64,000 nt of DNA from Thalassobaculaceae bacterium (GCA_965228875.1 OZ245843.1:124001-188000), one strand, 5' to 3'. Shown: positions 38,027 to 48,348, counted from the first letter of the stretch. Translations and numbers: made by a program. The notes: a model not told the origin generated them from the sequence alone.

Positions 38027-38176
38027 CCCGCGTCGGTTCCGGATACCTGCCGCCCGCAGCGCAAGCATGGTGAAATCCGGCACGTACGCTCATCCGTCGC
38101 AATCGCGATGCGAGCCGAACGGCAATGCGGGCCCCGACGCCATCCGGCGAAGGCTCGCCTGTCGAGGCAACGGACC

Positions 38177-38617
38177 ATGAAAACGCCCGATCCCGTCCGC
38201 ATCGCGGACTACAAGGCCCAGGCCAAGCGCCTGCGCGCGTCACTGAACCAATCCGCCGGCACTGCGCTCACCCATGCCCAGGCGCTGGAACTGGTCGCCC
38301 ACCAGCATGGTGCGCGTGACTGGAACACCCTGCGGGCCCGCAACGGTCCGCCTCGGGCCGCCGACCTTTCCGTCGGCGCCACGGTCCGCGGTCGGTATCT
38401 CGGCCAGGATTTCAGTGGTCGTGTCCTGGGCCTCGCGGAGGTCGGCGGGGGCCGATACCGCGTCACCCTGCATTTCGACGCGCCGGTCGATGTCGTGACC
38501 TTCGAGAGCTTTTCCGCCTTTCGACAGCGGGTGTCCTGCGTCGTCGGGCCGGAGGGGCACTCGCCGGCGAGAACGTCGGACGGCCGTCCGCACCTGATCC
38601 TGGACGCCGTCGGCTGA
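38177..38617 (+). CDS. Glyoxalase superfamily protein (helical N-terminal type)
   Basis: KAQAKRLRASL...LTHAQALELVAHQHGARDWNTL; GRYLGQ.F.G; FDAPVDVVTFESFSAFRQRV. Confidence 0.8.
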   Translation: MKTPDPVRIADYKAQAKRLRASLNQSAGTALTHAQALELVAHQHGARDWNTLRARNGPPRAADLSVGATVRGRYLGQDFSGRVLGLAEVGGGRYRVTLHFDAPVDVVTFESFSAFRQRVSCVVGPEGHSPARTSDGRPHLILDAVG

Positions 38618-38807
38618 GCCGTACCGCGTCGGGCAACCCCGCCGGCCTGTCGCCGCCGGCGGGGCACGGCCGAGCCCCCGTTGCGGCATCATGTCCGTGG
38701 GGCGGTTGCTCCCGTGCTCAGATCCGGGTTTGCGCGCGGCCGAATGGATGCGCTTAAATCCGATCAATCAAAAGCCTACCCCAGCCATTGCCGACCAGGA
38801 GGAAACC

Positions 38808-39341
38808 ATGTCGAGCGCCATGACGCGTCTTGAGGCCTACGAAGGCGAAACGATGAAGCGCATCCCGCTGCCGCCGCACGCGGCGCAGGAGCTGTTCTTC
38901 ACCACCGACGAGGACGACGACCGGGTCTGGATGCCGATCGGCGACGGCGTGTGGGCGCGGCCCATGCTGTTCAACACCGTCCAGGGGTCGTGGGTGACCA
39001 TCATCAAGGCCGAGAAGGCCGGCGTGGTCAGCCGTCATCGTCACCCGGCGCCGGTCACCGGTTACACGCTCGAGGGTGCCTGGGGTTATCTGGAGCACGA
39101 GTGGACGGCCACGCCCGGCTCCTTCCTGTTCGAGCCGGCGGGCGAGACCCACACGTTGGTAGTCGATCCGTCCGTCGGCCACATGAAGTGCCTGTTCCAC
39201 AATTTCGGGCCGCTGATCTTCGTCGATGCCGACGGCAACCAGACCGGCTATGACGATGTCTTCACCCGCCTGGAGCGGTTCAAGGCGCATTACGAGTCCA
39301 ACGGGCTCGGCGCCGAGTTCGCCACCCGCCTGATCCGCTGA
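38808..39341 (+). CDS. 2,4'-dihydroxyacetophenone dioxygenase family cupin
   Basis: DDRVWMP, RHRHPAPVTGYTLEGAWGYLEH, FEPAGETHTL. Confidence 0.87.
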   Translation: MSSAMTRLEAYEGETMKRIPLPPHAAQELFFTTDEDDDRVWMPIGDGVWARPMLFNTVQGSWVTIIKAEKAGVVSRHRHPAPVTGYTLEGAWGYLEHEWTATPGSFLFEPAGETHTLVVDPSVGHMKCLFHNFGPLIFVDADGNQTGYDDVFTRLERFKAHYESNGLGAEFATRLIR

Positions 39342-39381
39342 ACCGGCAACCGTCGGAAGCCCCCAAGGGAGAGAAACCGAA

Positions 39382-40437
39382 ATGCGCAGCTATCAACTGG
39401 TCGAGCCCGGCAAGCCATTCGAGGAGGTCGTGCGCGACGAGCCGACCCCGACCGGAACCGAAGTGCTGGTCCGGGTCACCCATGCCGGCGTGTGCCATTC
39501 CGACATCCACATCTCGGACGGCTATTTCGACCTCGGCGGCGGCAAGAAGCTCGACATCGTCGCCCGTGGCCAGAAGCTGCCGGTGACCCTGGGCCATGAG
39601 GTGCTGGGTGAGGTGGTCGCCGCCGGACCGGACGCCAAGGATGCGCCGATCGGCAAGACCATGCTGGTGCACCCCTGGCTCGGCTGCGGCGAGTGCTCGG
39701 CCTGCAAGGCGGAGATGGAGAACCACTGCCCGACCATGCGGTCGATCGGCATCTTCCGGGATGGCGGCTACGCCACCCATTGCATGGTGCCGCATCCCAA
39801 GTACCTGGTGGATATCGGCGACGTCGATCCGATGGTCGCCACCCCGTATTCCTGCTCCGGCGTGACCGTTTATTCGGCGCTTAAGAAGGCGATGCCGGTC
39901 CTCGACAGCGAGTGGCTGGCGATCTTCGGCGCCGGCGGTCTCGGCCTCTCGGCGGTTGCCATCGCCAAGGGCATGGGCGTGAAGAACGTGATCTCCGTCG
40001 ATATCGCCGACGAGCACCTGGAGGCCGCGAAGGAGGTTGGCGCCGATGCGGTGCTGAACTCCAGATCGGTGGAGAATCCGATCGCCGAACTGCAGAGGAT
40101 CGCCGGCGGTGAACTGCGTGCGGTGGTCGACACGGTCGGCGGCGAGGCGACGGCGAGCGTGGGCATCGGCGCCGTGCGCAAGGGCGGGCGCTACGTCATC
40201 GTCGGCCTGTATGGCGGGGAGCTGAACATCCCCTTGCCGACGATCCCGATGCGGGCGCTGTCGATCCTCGGTTCCTATGTGGGCTCGCTCGGCGAGCTAA
40301 AGGAACTGATGGAGCTTGTGAAGACCGGAGCGGTGAAGCCGATCCCGCTTCAGACCAGGCCCTTGGAGACCGCCTACGACACCCTCCAGGACCTCAAGGC
40401 CGGCCGGGTCACCGGTCGGGTCGTGCTGACGAATTAG
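39382..40437 (+). CDS. Zinc-dependent alcohol dehydrogenase
   Basis: GVCHSD, GHE, CGECSAC..C, GAGGLG. Confidence 0.93.
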   Translation: MRSYQLVEPGKPFEEVVRDEPTPTGTEVLVRVTHAGVCHSDIHISDGYFDLGGGKKLDIVARGQKLPVTLGHEVLGEVVAAGPDAKDAPIGKTMLVHPWLGCGECSACKAEMENHCPTMRSIGIFRDGGYATHCMVPHPKYLVDIGDVDPMVATPYSCSGVTVYSALKKAMPVLDSEWLAIFGAGGLGLSAVAIAKGMGVKNVISVDIADEHLEAAKEVGADAVLNSRSVENPIAELQRIAGGELRAVVDTVGGEATASVGIGAVRKGGRYVIVGLYGGELNIPLPTIPMRALSILGSYVGSLGELKELMELVKTGAVKPIPLQTRPLETAYDTLQDLKAGRVTGRVVLTN

Positions 40438-40549
40438 AGCGCGATCGGTTCAGATCGAATCGATCTGATCCGTGAATCTCCCTCTAACCCATTATAGACA
40501 GAGCAATCTCTCACGATCGGATGTTTCCATCTGATCGTGATTTGCTCCA
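40435..40549. repeat. Intergenic palindromic MITE-like element (AGAGC...GCTC family), copy 2
   Basis: tagagcgcgatcggttcagatcgaatcgatctga...cacgatcggatg...catctgatcgtgatttgctcca; homologous to 9018..9113. Confidence 0.8.
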
Positions 40550-40655
40550 GATCATTGCGGGGGCGCCGTCGCCGCTCGGCTTATGGCCGGGCCGGCCAGC
40601 GCCCCCGATCCGCGCACGGCGCCGGCAGCGGTGCCGGTCCGTGGGGCGGGACCGG

Positions 40656-41615
40656 TCAGGTACCGGCCAGCATCCCTTCGATCTTCTCCTGAACGCTGAA
40701 GGCGTCGTCCAGCGTCGCCAACGTGCTCGGCCGGCCGCTGAGCAGGTCGTCCAGGGCGCCGAGTTGCGCCTGCAGGCTGACCCGCCGCGGATCCGCCGGC
40801 GGATCCAGCAGTTCGGTCCAGGGGCCGCCGTCCGACTGGAACAGCCGGTAGAATTCGGCGACGAGAAAGCCGGTCTTCTCGAAGTTCAGATAGACCTCCT
40901 GACGGTCCGGCTGGACGCCGCCGACCGAGCCGAGAATGGAGACCGGAACGCCGGCCTCGTTCTCCAGCCGCGCCAGCACCTGGGTCTCGCACAACGCCGG
41001 TTCGGCCGGGTAGGAGGGCTTTGCCCAGACCAGCCTGGTGCGCCCGAGGATCCGCTCGGACAGAAACACGAAGTGCGAGATCACCTCGCGGGTGTAACCA
41101 CCCTCCTCCTTGAAGCGCAGCCAGTCGGCATCGACCTGCCAGGCGCGCGGCCAGGTCGGGTATGTGACAATGATGTTGATGTTGTTAATCGCACCGGTCG
41201 CGCCGCTCTCGACCGCCTCCCGGACGGTGGCGAGTGCCTTGCCGGCGGCCTGGGTGAAATTGACGGCGGCGGGAACGCCCGACGCCTTCAGCTGCGCCAC
41301 CAGGTCGCGGCTCTCCTCGATGTCGACGCCGAGCGGCTTCTCCAGGAAAACCGCCTTGCCGGCGGCGGCCGCGGCCAGCGCATAGGCCTTGCGCGGCACC
41401 GGCGGGCAGGCGAGATAGACCACGTCGGCGGCGGCGATGGCGGCCTCCGCGCTGTCGACGATCGGCACGCCCGGCGCCTCCTCGGCAGCCTTGGCACAGG
41501 CCTCGGCCGAGGGGTCCCACAGCGCCACCGGTTCGAAGGCGTCGTGTATCAGGATGTTGCCGAGCAGCCGTCGGCCCATGATGCCGAGGCCGATAATCGC
41601 GATTTTGTGGGCCAT
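40656..41615 (-). CDS. Gfo/Idh/MocA family oxidoreductase
   Basis: IAIIGLGIMG, DVVYLACPP, GKAVFLEKP. Confidence 0.9.
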   Translation of the reverse strand: MAHKIAIIGLGIMGRRLLGNILIHDAFEPVALWDPSAEACAKAAEEAPGVPIVDSAEAAIAAADVVYLACPPVPRKAYALAAAAAGKAVFLEKPLGVDIEESRDLVAQLKASGVPAAVNFTQAAGKALATVREAVESGATGAINNINIIVTYPTWPRAWQVDADWLRFKEEGGYTREVISHFVFLSERILGRTRLVWAKPSYPAEPALCETQVLARLENEAGVPVSILGSVGGVQPDRQEVYLNFEKTGFLVAEFYRLFQSDGGPWTELLDPPADPRRVSLQAQLGALDDLLSGRPSTLATLDDAFSVQEKIEGMLAGT

Positions 41616-41643
41616 GATTCGGTTCCCTGACGGGTTGGTTGCA

Positions 41644-41785
41644 TAAGGCGCCGTCCCGCTTCCCCTGGATCCCGGACCGGCCCTGGGGCCGTCCGGGAAG
41701 TCGAAGTCAGTAAGCTCTCCCTGCGATTGCCCGGAGACGCCCGAAGGGCCGATCCGGGATCAAGGGGGAGGCGGGACGCCGCTTA
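41644..41785. repeat. REP/BIME-like inverted pair, copy C, within a longer inverted repeat
   Basis: cgtcccgcttcccctggatcccgg...tccgggaagtcg ... cgattgcccgga...tccgggatcaagggggaggcgggacg. Confidence 0.75.
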
Positions 41786-41802
41786 CCTCTCAGTCCCTTA
41801 TC

Positions 41803-43386
41803 CTAGTACCCGAGCGCGCAACCGTCTTTGCGCGGGTCGGAACCGGCCACGAGGACGCCGTTCGCATGGTCGATGACCACGGCCTGACCGCCACCGATCG
41901 GTTTCGGCATGTGGGTCAGAACATGGCCCTTGGCTTCCAGTGACGCGTAGGTCTCCGGCGCGAAGGTGCTCTCGACCTGGAGGGTCCCCTCGGTGGCGAA
42001 GCTGCGGCTGTCGTCCAGCGCCTCCTGCGGATCCATGCCCCGCATCAGCAGGTTCGACAGGAAGGTGGCGTGGCCGGTCGACTGGTACTGCCCGCCCATG
42101 ACGCCGAACGGCGCGACGGCCTTGCCGTCCTTGACCAGCATGCCGGGGATGATGGTGTGCATGGGGCGCTTGTTCGGCGCGATGGCGTTGGGATGGCCCT
42201 CGAGCAGATGGAACGACTTGCCCCGGTTGTGCAGCATCACGCCGGTGTTCTCGCTCATGATGCAGCTGCCGAAGTCGGAGAAGATCGAGTTGATAAAACT
42301 GATCGCCGTGCCGTCCTTGTCGACGCAGGACAGGTAGATCGTGTCCTTGTGCACCGGGAAGTCGCTCGGCTCGAAGGCGCCGGCGCGGTTCGGGTCGATC
42401 ATCGCGTCCAGCGCGGAGATGTGGGCGTCCGATAGCAGCCAGTCCACCGGCACGTCGACCTGGCGCGGGTCGCCGACATAGCGGTCGCGCTGGGCGTAGG
42501 CGAGCTTGGTCGCCTCGGCGATCAGGTGGACCCGGTCGGCCTCGCTCAGGTTGGCGACGTCGTGGCGGTCCAGGATACCGAGGATCATTAGCGCGCACAC
42601 ACCCTGGCCGTTCGGCGGGCACTCGTACACCTCGTGACTGGCGAAGCCGCCCTTGATCGGGTCGACCCATTCCGGCGCCGCGTTGGCGAAGTCCTCGACG
42701 GTGTGCAGGCCGCCAAGCCGGTTCAGGCTGGCGACGATGTCCTCGGCCACGGCGCCGGTGTAGAAGCCGTCGCGGCCCTTCTCGGCGATGGTTCGCAGCG
42801 TGGCGGCGAGCTTCGGCTGGCTGTGGCGGGTGCCGATGGCCGGGGCAGCGCCGTTCGGCAGCATCGCCGCTTTCGCCGCCGGGTTCTTCGACAGCTTCTC
42901 CACCGCGTCGGCCCAGTCGGAGCCGATGCGTGAACTGACCGGATAACCCTCCTCGGCGTAGCGGATCGCCGGCTGCAGCAGGTCGCCCAGGGTCTTGTTG
43001 CCGAAACGCTCCAGCAGGGCCGACCAGGCGCCGACCGCGCCCGGCACCGTCACCGTATGGGGATCGCCGGACAGGCCGAGCTCGGTGATGCCGTTGCCCA
43101 GGAACCATCCAAGCTCGGCTTTCGCCGGGGCGCGGCCCGATCCGTTCATGGCGACGACCTCGCCGCTGCCCTTCGGCGCGACCAGCGCGAAGCAGTCGCC
43201 GCCGATGCCGGTCATGTGCGGCTCCACCACGCAGAGCACCGCGCAGGCGGCGACGGCGGCGTCGACCGCGGTCCCGCCGGATTTCAGGACATCCAGGCCG
43301 ACCTGGCTGGCGAGCGGATGCGAGGTCGCGATGGCGGCGTTCGGGGCGTAGACCGGCGAGCGGCCCGGCAGATGGAGATCGCGCAT
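41803..43386 (-). CDS. ggt: Gamma-glutamyltransferase
   Basis: ATSHPLAS, VVEPHMTGIGGD, DTIYLS (catalytic Thr), KRPMHTIIP, GVMGG, GSDPRKDG. Confidence 0.93.
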   Translation of the reverse strand: MRDLHLPGRSPVYAPNAAIATSHPLASQVGLDVLKSGGTAVDAAVAACAVLCVVEPHMTGIGGDCFALVAPKGSGEVVAMNGSGRAPAKAELGWFLGNGITELGLSGDPHTVTVPGAVGAWSALLERFGNKTLGDLLQPAIRYAEEGYPVSSRIGSDWADAVEKLSKNPAAKAAMLPNGAAPAIGTRHSQPKLAATLRTIAEKGRDGFYTGAVAEDIVASLNRLGGLHTVEDFANAAPEWVDPIKGGFASHEVYECPPNGQGVCALMILGILDRHDVANLSEADRVHLIAEATKLAYAQRDRYVGDPRQVDVPVDWLLSDAHISALDAMIDPNRAGAFEPSDFPVHKDTIYLSCVDKDGTAISFINSIFSDFGSCIMSENTGVMLHNRGKSFHLLEGHPNAIAPNKRPMHTIIPGMLVKDGKAVAPFGVMGGQYQSTGHATFLSNLLMRGMDPQEALDDSRSFATEGTLQVESTFAPETYASLEAKGHVLTHMPKPIGGGQAVVIDHANGVLVAGSDPRKDGCALGY

Positions 43387-43539
43387 GGTGGGATGATTCC
43401 TCGTTTCGATCAGTCTGGACGGGTGTAGCGGCTGTATACAAGTGGGGCAAGGTGCGTGGACGACCATGGAGGCGACACCTATAGTCCGCCGCAGAAAAGC
43501 ACCGGTGCCCGAAGGGCATGAGACCGTCAGGAGGAAGCC

Positions 43540-44700
43540 GTGGCGCTCGACCAGGAGACGCTCAACCAGTTCGTCGACACCGTCCGCCGGTATGTGACCG
43601 AGCGGCTGATCCCGCTCGAGGAGCAGGTCAGCCGCGAGGACGCCATCCCCGAGGAGGTCTCGCGGGAGATGGCGGAGATGGGCCTCTACGGCCTGTCCAT
43701 CCCGGAGGAGTATGGCGGGCTCGGCCTGTCCATGTCGGAGGAGGTGGTGATCGGCAACGAGCTCGGCCACACCGCCCCGTGCTTCCGCTCGCTGATCGGC
43801 ACCAATGTCGGTATCGGCAGCCAGGCGATCGTCATCGACGGCACCGAGCAGCAGAAGCGCGACTACCTGCCGGCCCTGGCGAGCGGCGAGCTGGTCGGCT
43901 CGTTCTGCCTGACCGAGCCCGACAGCGGCTCCGACGCTGCCTCGGTGCGCACCTCGGCGAAGAAGGACGGGAACGGCTACATCCTGAACGGCACCAAGCG
44001 GTTCATCACCAACTCGACCCGCGCCGGCGTGTTCACCGTGATGGCGCGCACCGACCCGGACAACAAGGGCGCGGGCGGCATCTCGGCGTTCCTGGTCGAC
44101 GCCAAGTCGCCGGGTATCTCCACCGGCAAGCCGTACAAGAAGATGGGCCAGCAGGGCACCCACGTCGCCGACGTGATCTTCGAGGACGTCAAGGTGCCGG
44201 GCGACGCCATCATCGGCGGCGTCGAGGGCCAGGGCTTCAAGACCGCGATGAAGGTGCTGGACCGCGGCCGCCTGCACCTGGCGTCGGTCTGCATCGGCAT
44301 GGCCGACCGGCTGATCAACGAGTCCCTGGACTATGCCAGCGACCGCAAGCAGTTCGGCCAGGCGTTGAGCGACTTCCAGCTGATCCAGGCGATGCTGGCC
44401 GACAGCAAGACCGAGGCCTATGCCGCCGAGGCCATGGTGAAGGACGCGGCGGCGAAGTTCGACGCCGGCGAGAACACCGCCATGGTCGCCGCCTGTGCCA
44501 AGTACTACGCCTCCGAGATGGTCGGCCGGGTTGCCGACCGGGCGGTGCAGATCCACGGCGGGGCGGGCTACATTAACGAATACGCGGTCGAGCGGTTCTA
44601 CCGCGATGTGCGGCTGTTCCGGATCTACGAGGGCACCTCGCAGATCCAGCAGATCGTCATCGCGCGCAACATGCTGCGGGCCCACGCCGCCGGCCGCTGA
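43540..44700 (+). CDS. Acyl-CoA dehydrogenase
   Basis: FCLTEPDSGSD, LNGTKRFITN, RKQFG, AVQIHGGAGY, IYEGTSQIQ. Confidence 0.95.
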   Translation: MALDQETLNQFVDTVRRYVTERLIPLEEQVSREDAIPEEVSREMAEMGLYGLSIPEEYGGLGLSMSEEVVIGNELGHTAPCFRSLIGTNVGIGSQAIVIDGTEQQKRDYLPALASGELVGSFCLTEPDSGSDAASVRTSAKKDGNGYILNGTKRFITNSTRAGVFTVMARTDPDNKGAGGISAFLVDAKSPGISTGKPYKKMGQQGTHVADVIFEDVKVPGDAIIGGVEGQGFKTAMKVLDRGRLHLASVCIGMADRLINESLDYASDRKQFGQALSDFQLIQAMLADSKTEAYAAEAMVKDAAAKFDAGENTAMVAACAKYYASEMVGRVADRAVQIHGGAGYINEYAVERFYRDVRLFRIYEGTSQIQQIVIARNMLRAHAAGR

Positions 44701-44714
44701 TTCGGGAGACCGTC

Positions 44715-46253
44715 ATGACGCAGGCGTGGGACGGCTCCCGTCCGGCGAAGGATGTCTTCGCCAGCATCGCCGAACCGGTGGCGTGGTGGGCCGAACGGTT
44801 CCCCGACTTGCCGGCCCTGGCCGAGGGCGACAGGGTTTTGAGCTACGGCGCGGTCGATGCCCGTGCCGCGCGGCTGGCCGGGACGCTGGCCGGGCGAGGG
44901 CTGACCGCCGGCGACCGGCTCTATGTCGTCGGCGAGAACGGGTTCGCCATGGCGCTGGCCGTGCTGGCGGCGGCGAAGATCGGCGCCTGGGCGATCCCGA
45001 TTAACGCCCGGCTGTCGGCCGGCGAGATCGACGCCATCCGCGACCATGCCCGCCCGCGCCTCGCCCTCTACACCGTGTCGGTCTCCGACGAGGCGGCGGC
45101 CCATGGCGCCCGCCACCGTCACGAGACCCTCGATGAGTTCGAGGACCTCGGTGCCACGCTCGCCGCCTTCGACGACGCCGATCCGCCGACCGACGAGAGC
45201 GGGGACGACCCGGCTGATCGGGTGGCGGTGATGATCTACACCTCCGGCACCACGGGCAGGCCCAAGGGCGTGATGCTGACCCACCGCAACCTGCTGTTCA
45301 TCGGCGCGCGATCGGGGGAGTCCCGGCGGGTCGCAACGGGAGACCGGATCTACGGCGTGTTGCCGATCAGTCACGTCTTCGGCCTGGCATCGGTGTATCT
45401 CGGCAACATGTACATGGGCGGGCGGGTTGACCTCGTGCCCCGGTTTTCGGCCGAGCACGCTCTGGCGGCGATCGAGAGCGGGGCGATCAGCCTGTTCAAC
45501 GGAGTCCCCCAGATGTATGCGCGACTCCTGGAACTCACCACTATCCGTGGGCGTCCGCTCGATCCGGGCCGCATCCGCTATCTTTCCTCCGGCGGCGCGC
45601 CGCTCGATCTCGGACTGAAGAAACGGGTCGAGGCGGCGTTCGGGGTGCCGTTGCATAACGGCTACGGAATGACCGAGACGGCGCCGACCATCTCGGTGAC
45701 CGATATCGACCGGCCTCGGGACGACGAGACGGTCGGCGAGATCGTTCCGGACGTGCGGGTGCGCATCGTCGGCGACGGCGGAACGGCTCTGCCGCCGGGC
45801 GAGGTCGGGGAGATCCAGGTCGCCGGCCCGCTGGTCATGAAGGGCTACTACAAGGCGCCCGACGAGACCGCGGCGGTGCATGACGGCCCGTGGTTCAGGA
45901 CCGGCGACCTCGGCCGGCTCACCGACGAGGGGCTGCTCTACGTCGTCGGCCGCAAGAAGGAACTGATCATCCGCTCCGGCTTCAACGTCTACCCGCCGGA
46001 GGTCGAGGCGGCGATCGCCCTGCATCCGGACGTGGCGATGTGCGCCGTGGTCGGACGCCCAGCGAAGGACGGCAACGAGGAGGTTGTGGCTTTCGTCCAG
46101 CCCATCCAGGGCCGCGCACCGAACGCCGACACGCTGGCGGCGTTCGTCGCCGACAGCCTGTCGCCCTACAAACGCCCCGGCCGCTGGGAGTTCCGCGACA
46201 GCCTCCCGGCGACGGCCGCGGGAAAGATCCTGAAGCATCGGCTGGATGGGTAG
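44715..46253 (+). CDS. Class I adenylate-forming enzyme (acyl-CoA ligase)
   Basis: YTSGTTGRPKG, GYGMTE, RTGDLG, RKKELIIRSGFNVYP, GKILK. Confidence 0.93.
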   Translation: MTQAWDGSRPAKDVFASIAEPVAWWAERFPDLPALAEGDRVLSYGAVDARAARLAGTLAGRGLTAGDRLYVVGENGFAMALAVLAAAKIGAWAIPINARLSAGEIDAIRDHARPRLALYTVSVSDEAAAHGARHRHETLDEFEDLGATLAAFDDADPPTDESGDDPADRVAVMIYTSGTTGRPKGVMLTHRNLLFIGARSGESRRVATGDRIYGVLPISHVFGLASVYLGNMYMGGRVDLVPRFSAEHALAAIESGAISLFNGVPQMYARLLELTTIRGRPLDPGRIRYLSSGGAPLDLGLKKRVEAAFGVPLHNGYGMTETAPTISVTDIDRPRDDETVGEIVPDVRVRIVGDGGTALPPGEVGEIQVAGPLVMKGYYKAPDETAAVHDGPWFRTGDLGRLTDEGLLYVVGRKKELIIRSGFNVYPPEVEAAIALHPDVAMCAVVGRPAKDGNEEVVAFVQPIQGRAPNADTLAAFVADSLSPYKRPGRWEFRDSLPATAAGKILKHRLDG

Positions 46254-46673
46254 GCGGCGGGTAGGCGCCTACACCTGAGACGTATAGATTCCCGCCGCCT
46301 GCTGGAAGTCGATCAGAGGCGCGCGGGCGGCATCTTGCGGTCTGGTATGGGCCATCGCCGGCCATCGCTCCGGCGTGCCGGTCCAGAGACCGGGTTGCGG
46401 ACAGGGGAGGTCGGTTTGTGAGCACTCCCGTTTCTGCGTTACGCTAGCGTGACAACAGGGCGCTTCGCGACGCGGAGCGTGCGGAACAGCCGGGCCAACC
46501 GGCGGAGGAGGGAGAATCTCGGGACGCGGCGTCCGACAGGGCCGACAACCGCCCGGCGGACCCGCTGCCAACCCGTACCGTCCGGAACGATCCGGCCCAC
46601 CAGCGGCCGGAGAGGGGGCGCTGACAGGGTGAACCCTGCGGCGCGTCGCGAAACCGAAACGAGAGGGACTCAT

Positions 46674-48293
46674 ATGTCAGATCACGCCGTAAAGCCGCCC
46701 GACGGGCCGGCCGACCTTATCGAGACCGAATACGAGATCGGTCAGGACAACATCCAGACACAGGTCGGGCCGTTCGGCCTCGACATCCACAATCCGGTCT
46801 TCGTCATCTCCGGACTGGTGATCGTCGCCTTCACCTTCCTGACCCTCGCCCTGCAGGATCAGGCGGCCGACGCGTTCAACGCGATGCGCCAGTACCTCAC
46901 ATCGACCTTCGACTGGTTCTTCCTCGGGGCGGCCAACATCTTCGTGCTTCTTTGCCTCGTCCTGATCGTCACGCCCCTCGGCAAGGTCCGGATCGGCGGC
47001 CGCGACGCCGTACCCGAATACTCCTACGCCGGCTGGTTCGCGATGCTGTTCGCCGCCGGCATGGGGATCGGGCTGATGTTCTACGGCGTGTCAGAGCCGA
47101 TCTCCCACTATGCCTCCTCGGTCGCCGAGGGCGCGGGATCGCCGGACAGCTGGGCGCCGCTGGCCGGGGCCGCGGGCGATCCGGAGGCGGCGAAGGCGCT
47201 GGGGATGGCGGCGACCATCTTCCACTGGGGCCTGCACCCCTGGGCGATCTACGCGATCGTGGCGCTGGCTCTCGCGCTGTTCTCCTTCAACAAGGGGCTG
47301 CCGCTGACAATGCGCTCGGTCTTCTATCCGATCTTCGGCGATCGGGTCTGGGGCTGGACCGGCCATGTCATCGACATCCTGGCGGTGTTCGCGACCCTGT
47401 TCGGCCTCGCCACCTCGCTCGGTTTCGGCGCGGCCCAGGCCAATGCCGGCCTCGAGTTCCTGTTCGGCATTCCCGTCGGCGACGTCTCGAAGGTCCTGCT
47501 GATCGTCGGCATCACCGGCGTCGCCCTGCTCTCGGTCCTGGCCGGACTCGACGCGGGGGTGAAGCGGCTGTCCGAGATCAACATGGTGCTGGCGTTCCTG
47601 CTGTTGCTGTTCGTGATTCTGGTCGGACCGACCATGGCGATCGTCACCGGCTTCTTCTCGAACCTGCTGGCCTATGTCGAGTACCTGCCGGCGCTCTCGA
47701 ACCCGGTCGGGCGTTCGGACGCGAACTTCAGCCAGGGGTGGACGTCGTTCTACTGGGCCTGGTGGATCTCCTGGTCGCCGTTCGTCGGCATGTTCATCGC
47801 CCGCGTTTCGCGGGGACGGTCGGTGCGCGAGTTCATCGTCTGCGTCCTGCTGATCCCGTCGCTGGTTTCCGTGCTCTGGATGACCGCGTTCGGGGGCACG
47901 GCGATCAGCCTGGTGGAGTCCGGCGCCGCCGCGATCACCGACGCCGGCCTGCCGCTGAAGCTGTTCGTCATGCTGGAGCAGCTGCCGCTGGCGCAGATCA
48001 CCTCGTTCATCGGCATCGTCCTGGTGATCGTGTTCTTCGTCACCTCCTCGGACTCCGGTTCGCTGGTGATCGACACCATCACCGCCGGCGGCAAGACCAA
48101 CGCGCCGGTATCGCAGCGCGTGTTCTGGGCCTGCTTCGAGGGGCTGGTGGCGATCGCGCTGCTGCTCGGCGGCGGTCTCGCCGCCCTGCAGGCGATGGCG
48201 GTCTCCACGGGCTTCCCGTTCACCATCGTCCTGCTGCTGGCGTGCTACGCCATCGTCAAGGGCCTGATGAGCGAACCGAGGTCCGACGACTGA
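46674..48293 (+). CDS. BCCT family (betaine/carnitine/choline) transporter
   Basis: WFAMLFAAGMGIGLMF, HWGLHPWAIY, WTSFYWAWWISWSPFVGMFIAR, FFVTSSDSG. Confidence 0.95.
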   Translation: MSDHAVKPPDGPADLIETEYEIGQDNIQTQVGPFGLDIHNPVFVISGLVIVAFTFLTLALQDQAADAFNAMRQYLTSTFDWFFLGAANIFVLLCLVLIVTPLGKVRIGGRDAVPEYSYAGWFAMLFAAGMGIGLMFYGVSEPISHYASSVAEGAGSPDSWAPLAGAAGDPEAAKALGMAATIFHWGLHPWAIYAIVALALALFSFNKGLPLTMRSVFYPIFGDRVWGWTGHVIDILAVFATLFGLATSLGFGAAQANAGLEFLFGIPVGDVSKVLLIVGITGVALLSVLAGLDAGVKRLSEINMVLAFLLLLFVILVGPTMAIVTGFFSNLLAYVEYLPALSNPVGRSDANFSQGWTSFYWAWWISWSPFVGMFIARVSRGRSVREFIVCVLLIPSLVSVLWMTAFGGTAISLVESGAAAITDAGLPLKLFVMLEQLPLAQITSFIGIVLVIVFFVTSSDSGSLVIDTITAGGKTNAPVSQRVFWACFEGLVAIALLLGGGLAALQAMAVSTGFPFTIVLLLACYAIVKGLMSEPRSDD

Positions 48294-48319
48294 GGTTCCG
48301 GCCCAATTCCAACAACGTC

Positions 48320-48348
48320 GAAGGGGAGGCCGTGGCCTCCCCTTCTTT
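48320..48348 (+). terminator. Terminator between convergent BCCT and TRAP genes
   Basis: gaaggggaggc cgtg gcctccccttc ttt. Confidence 0.75.

Noticed and set aside
41803..44685. Apparent 960-aa GGT fusion protein
   Set aside because: The N-terminal half is the antisense shadow of the acyl-CoA dehydrogenase; the real ggt starts at 43386.
46490..46670. Glycine riboswitch before the BCCT gene (GGAGA segments)
   Set aside because: It lacks the CCGAAG and CTCTCAGG core elements.
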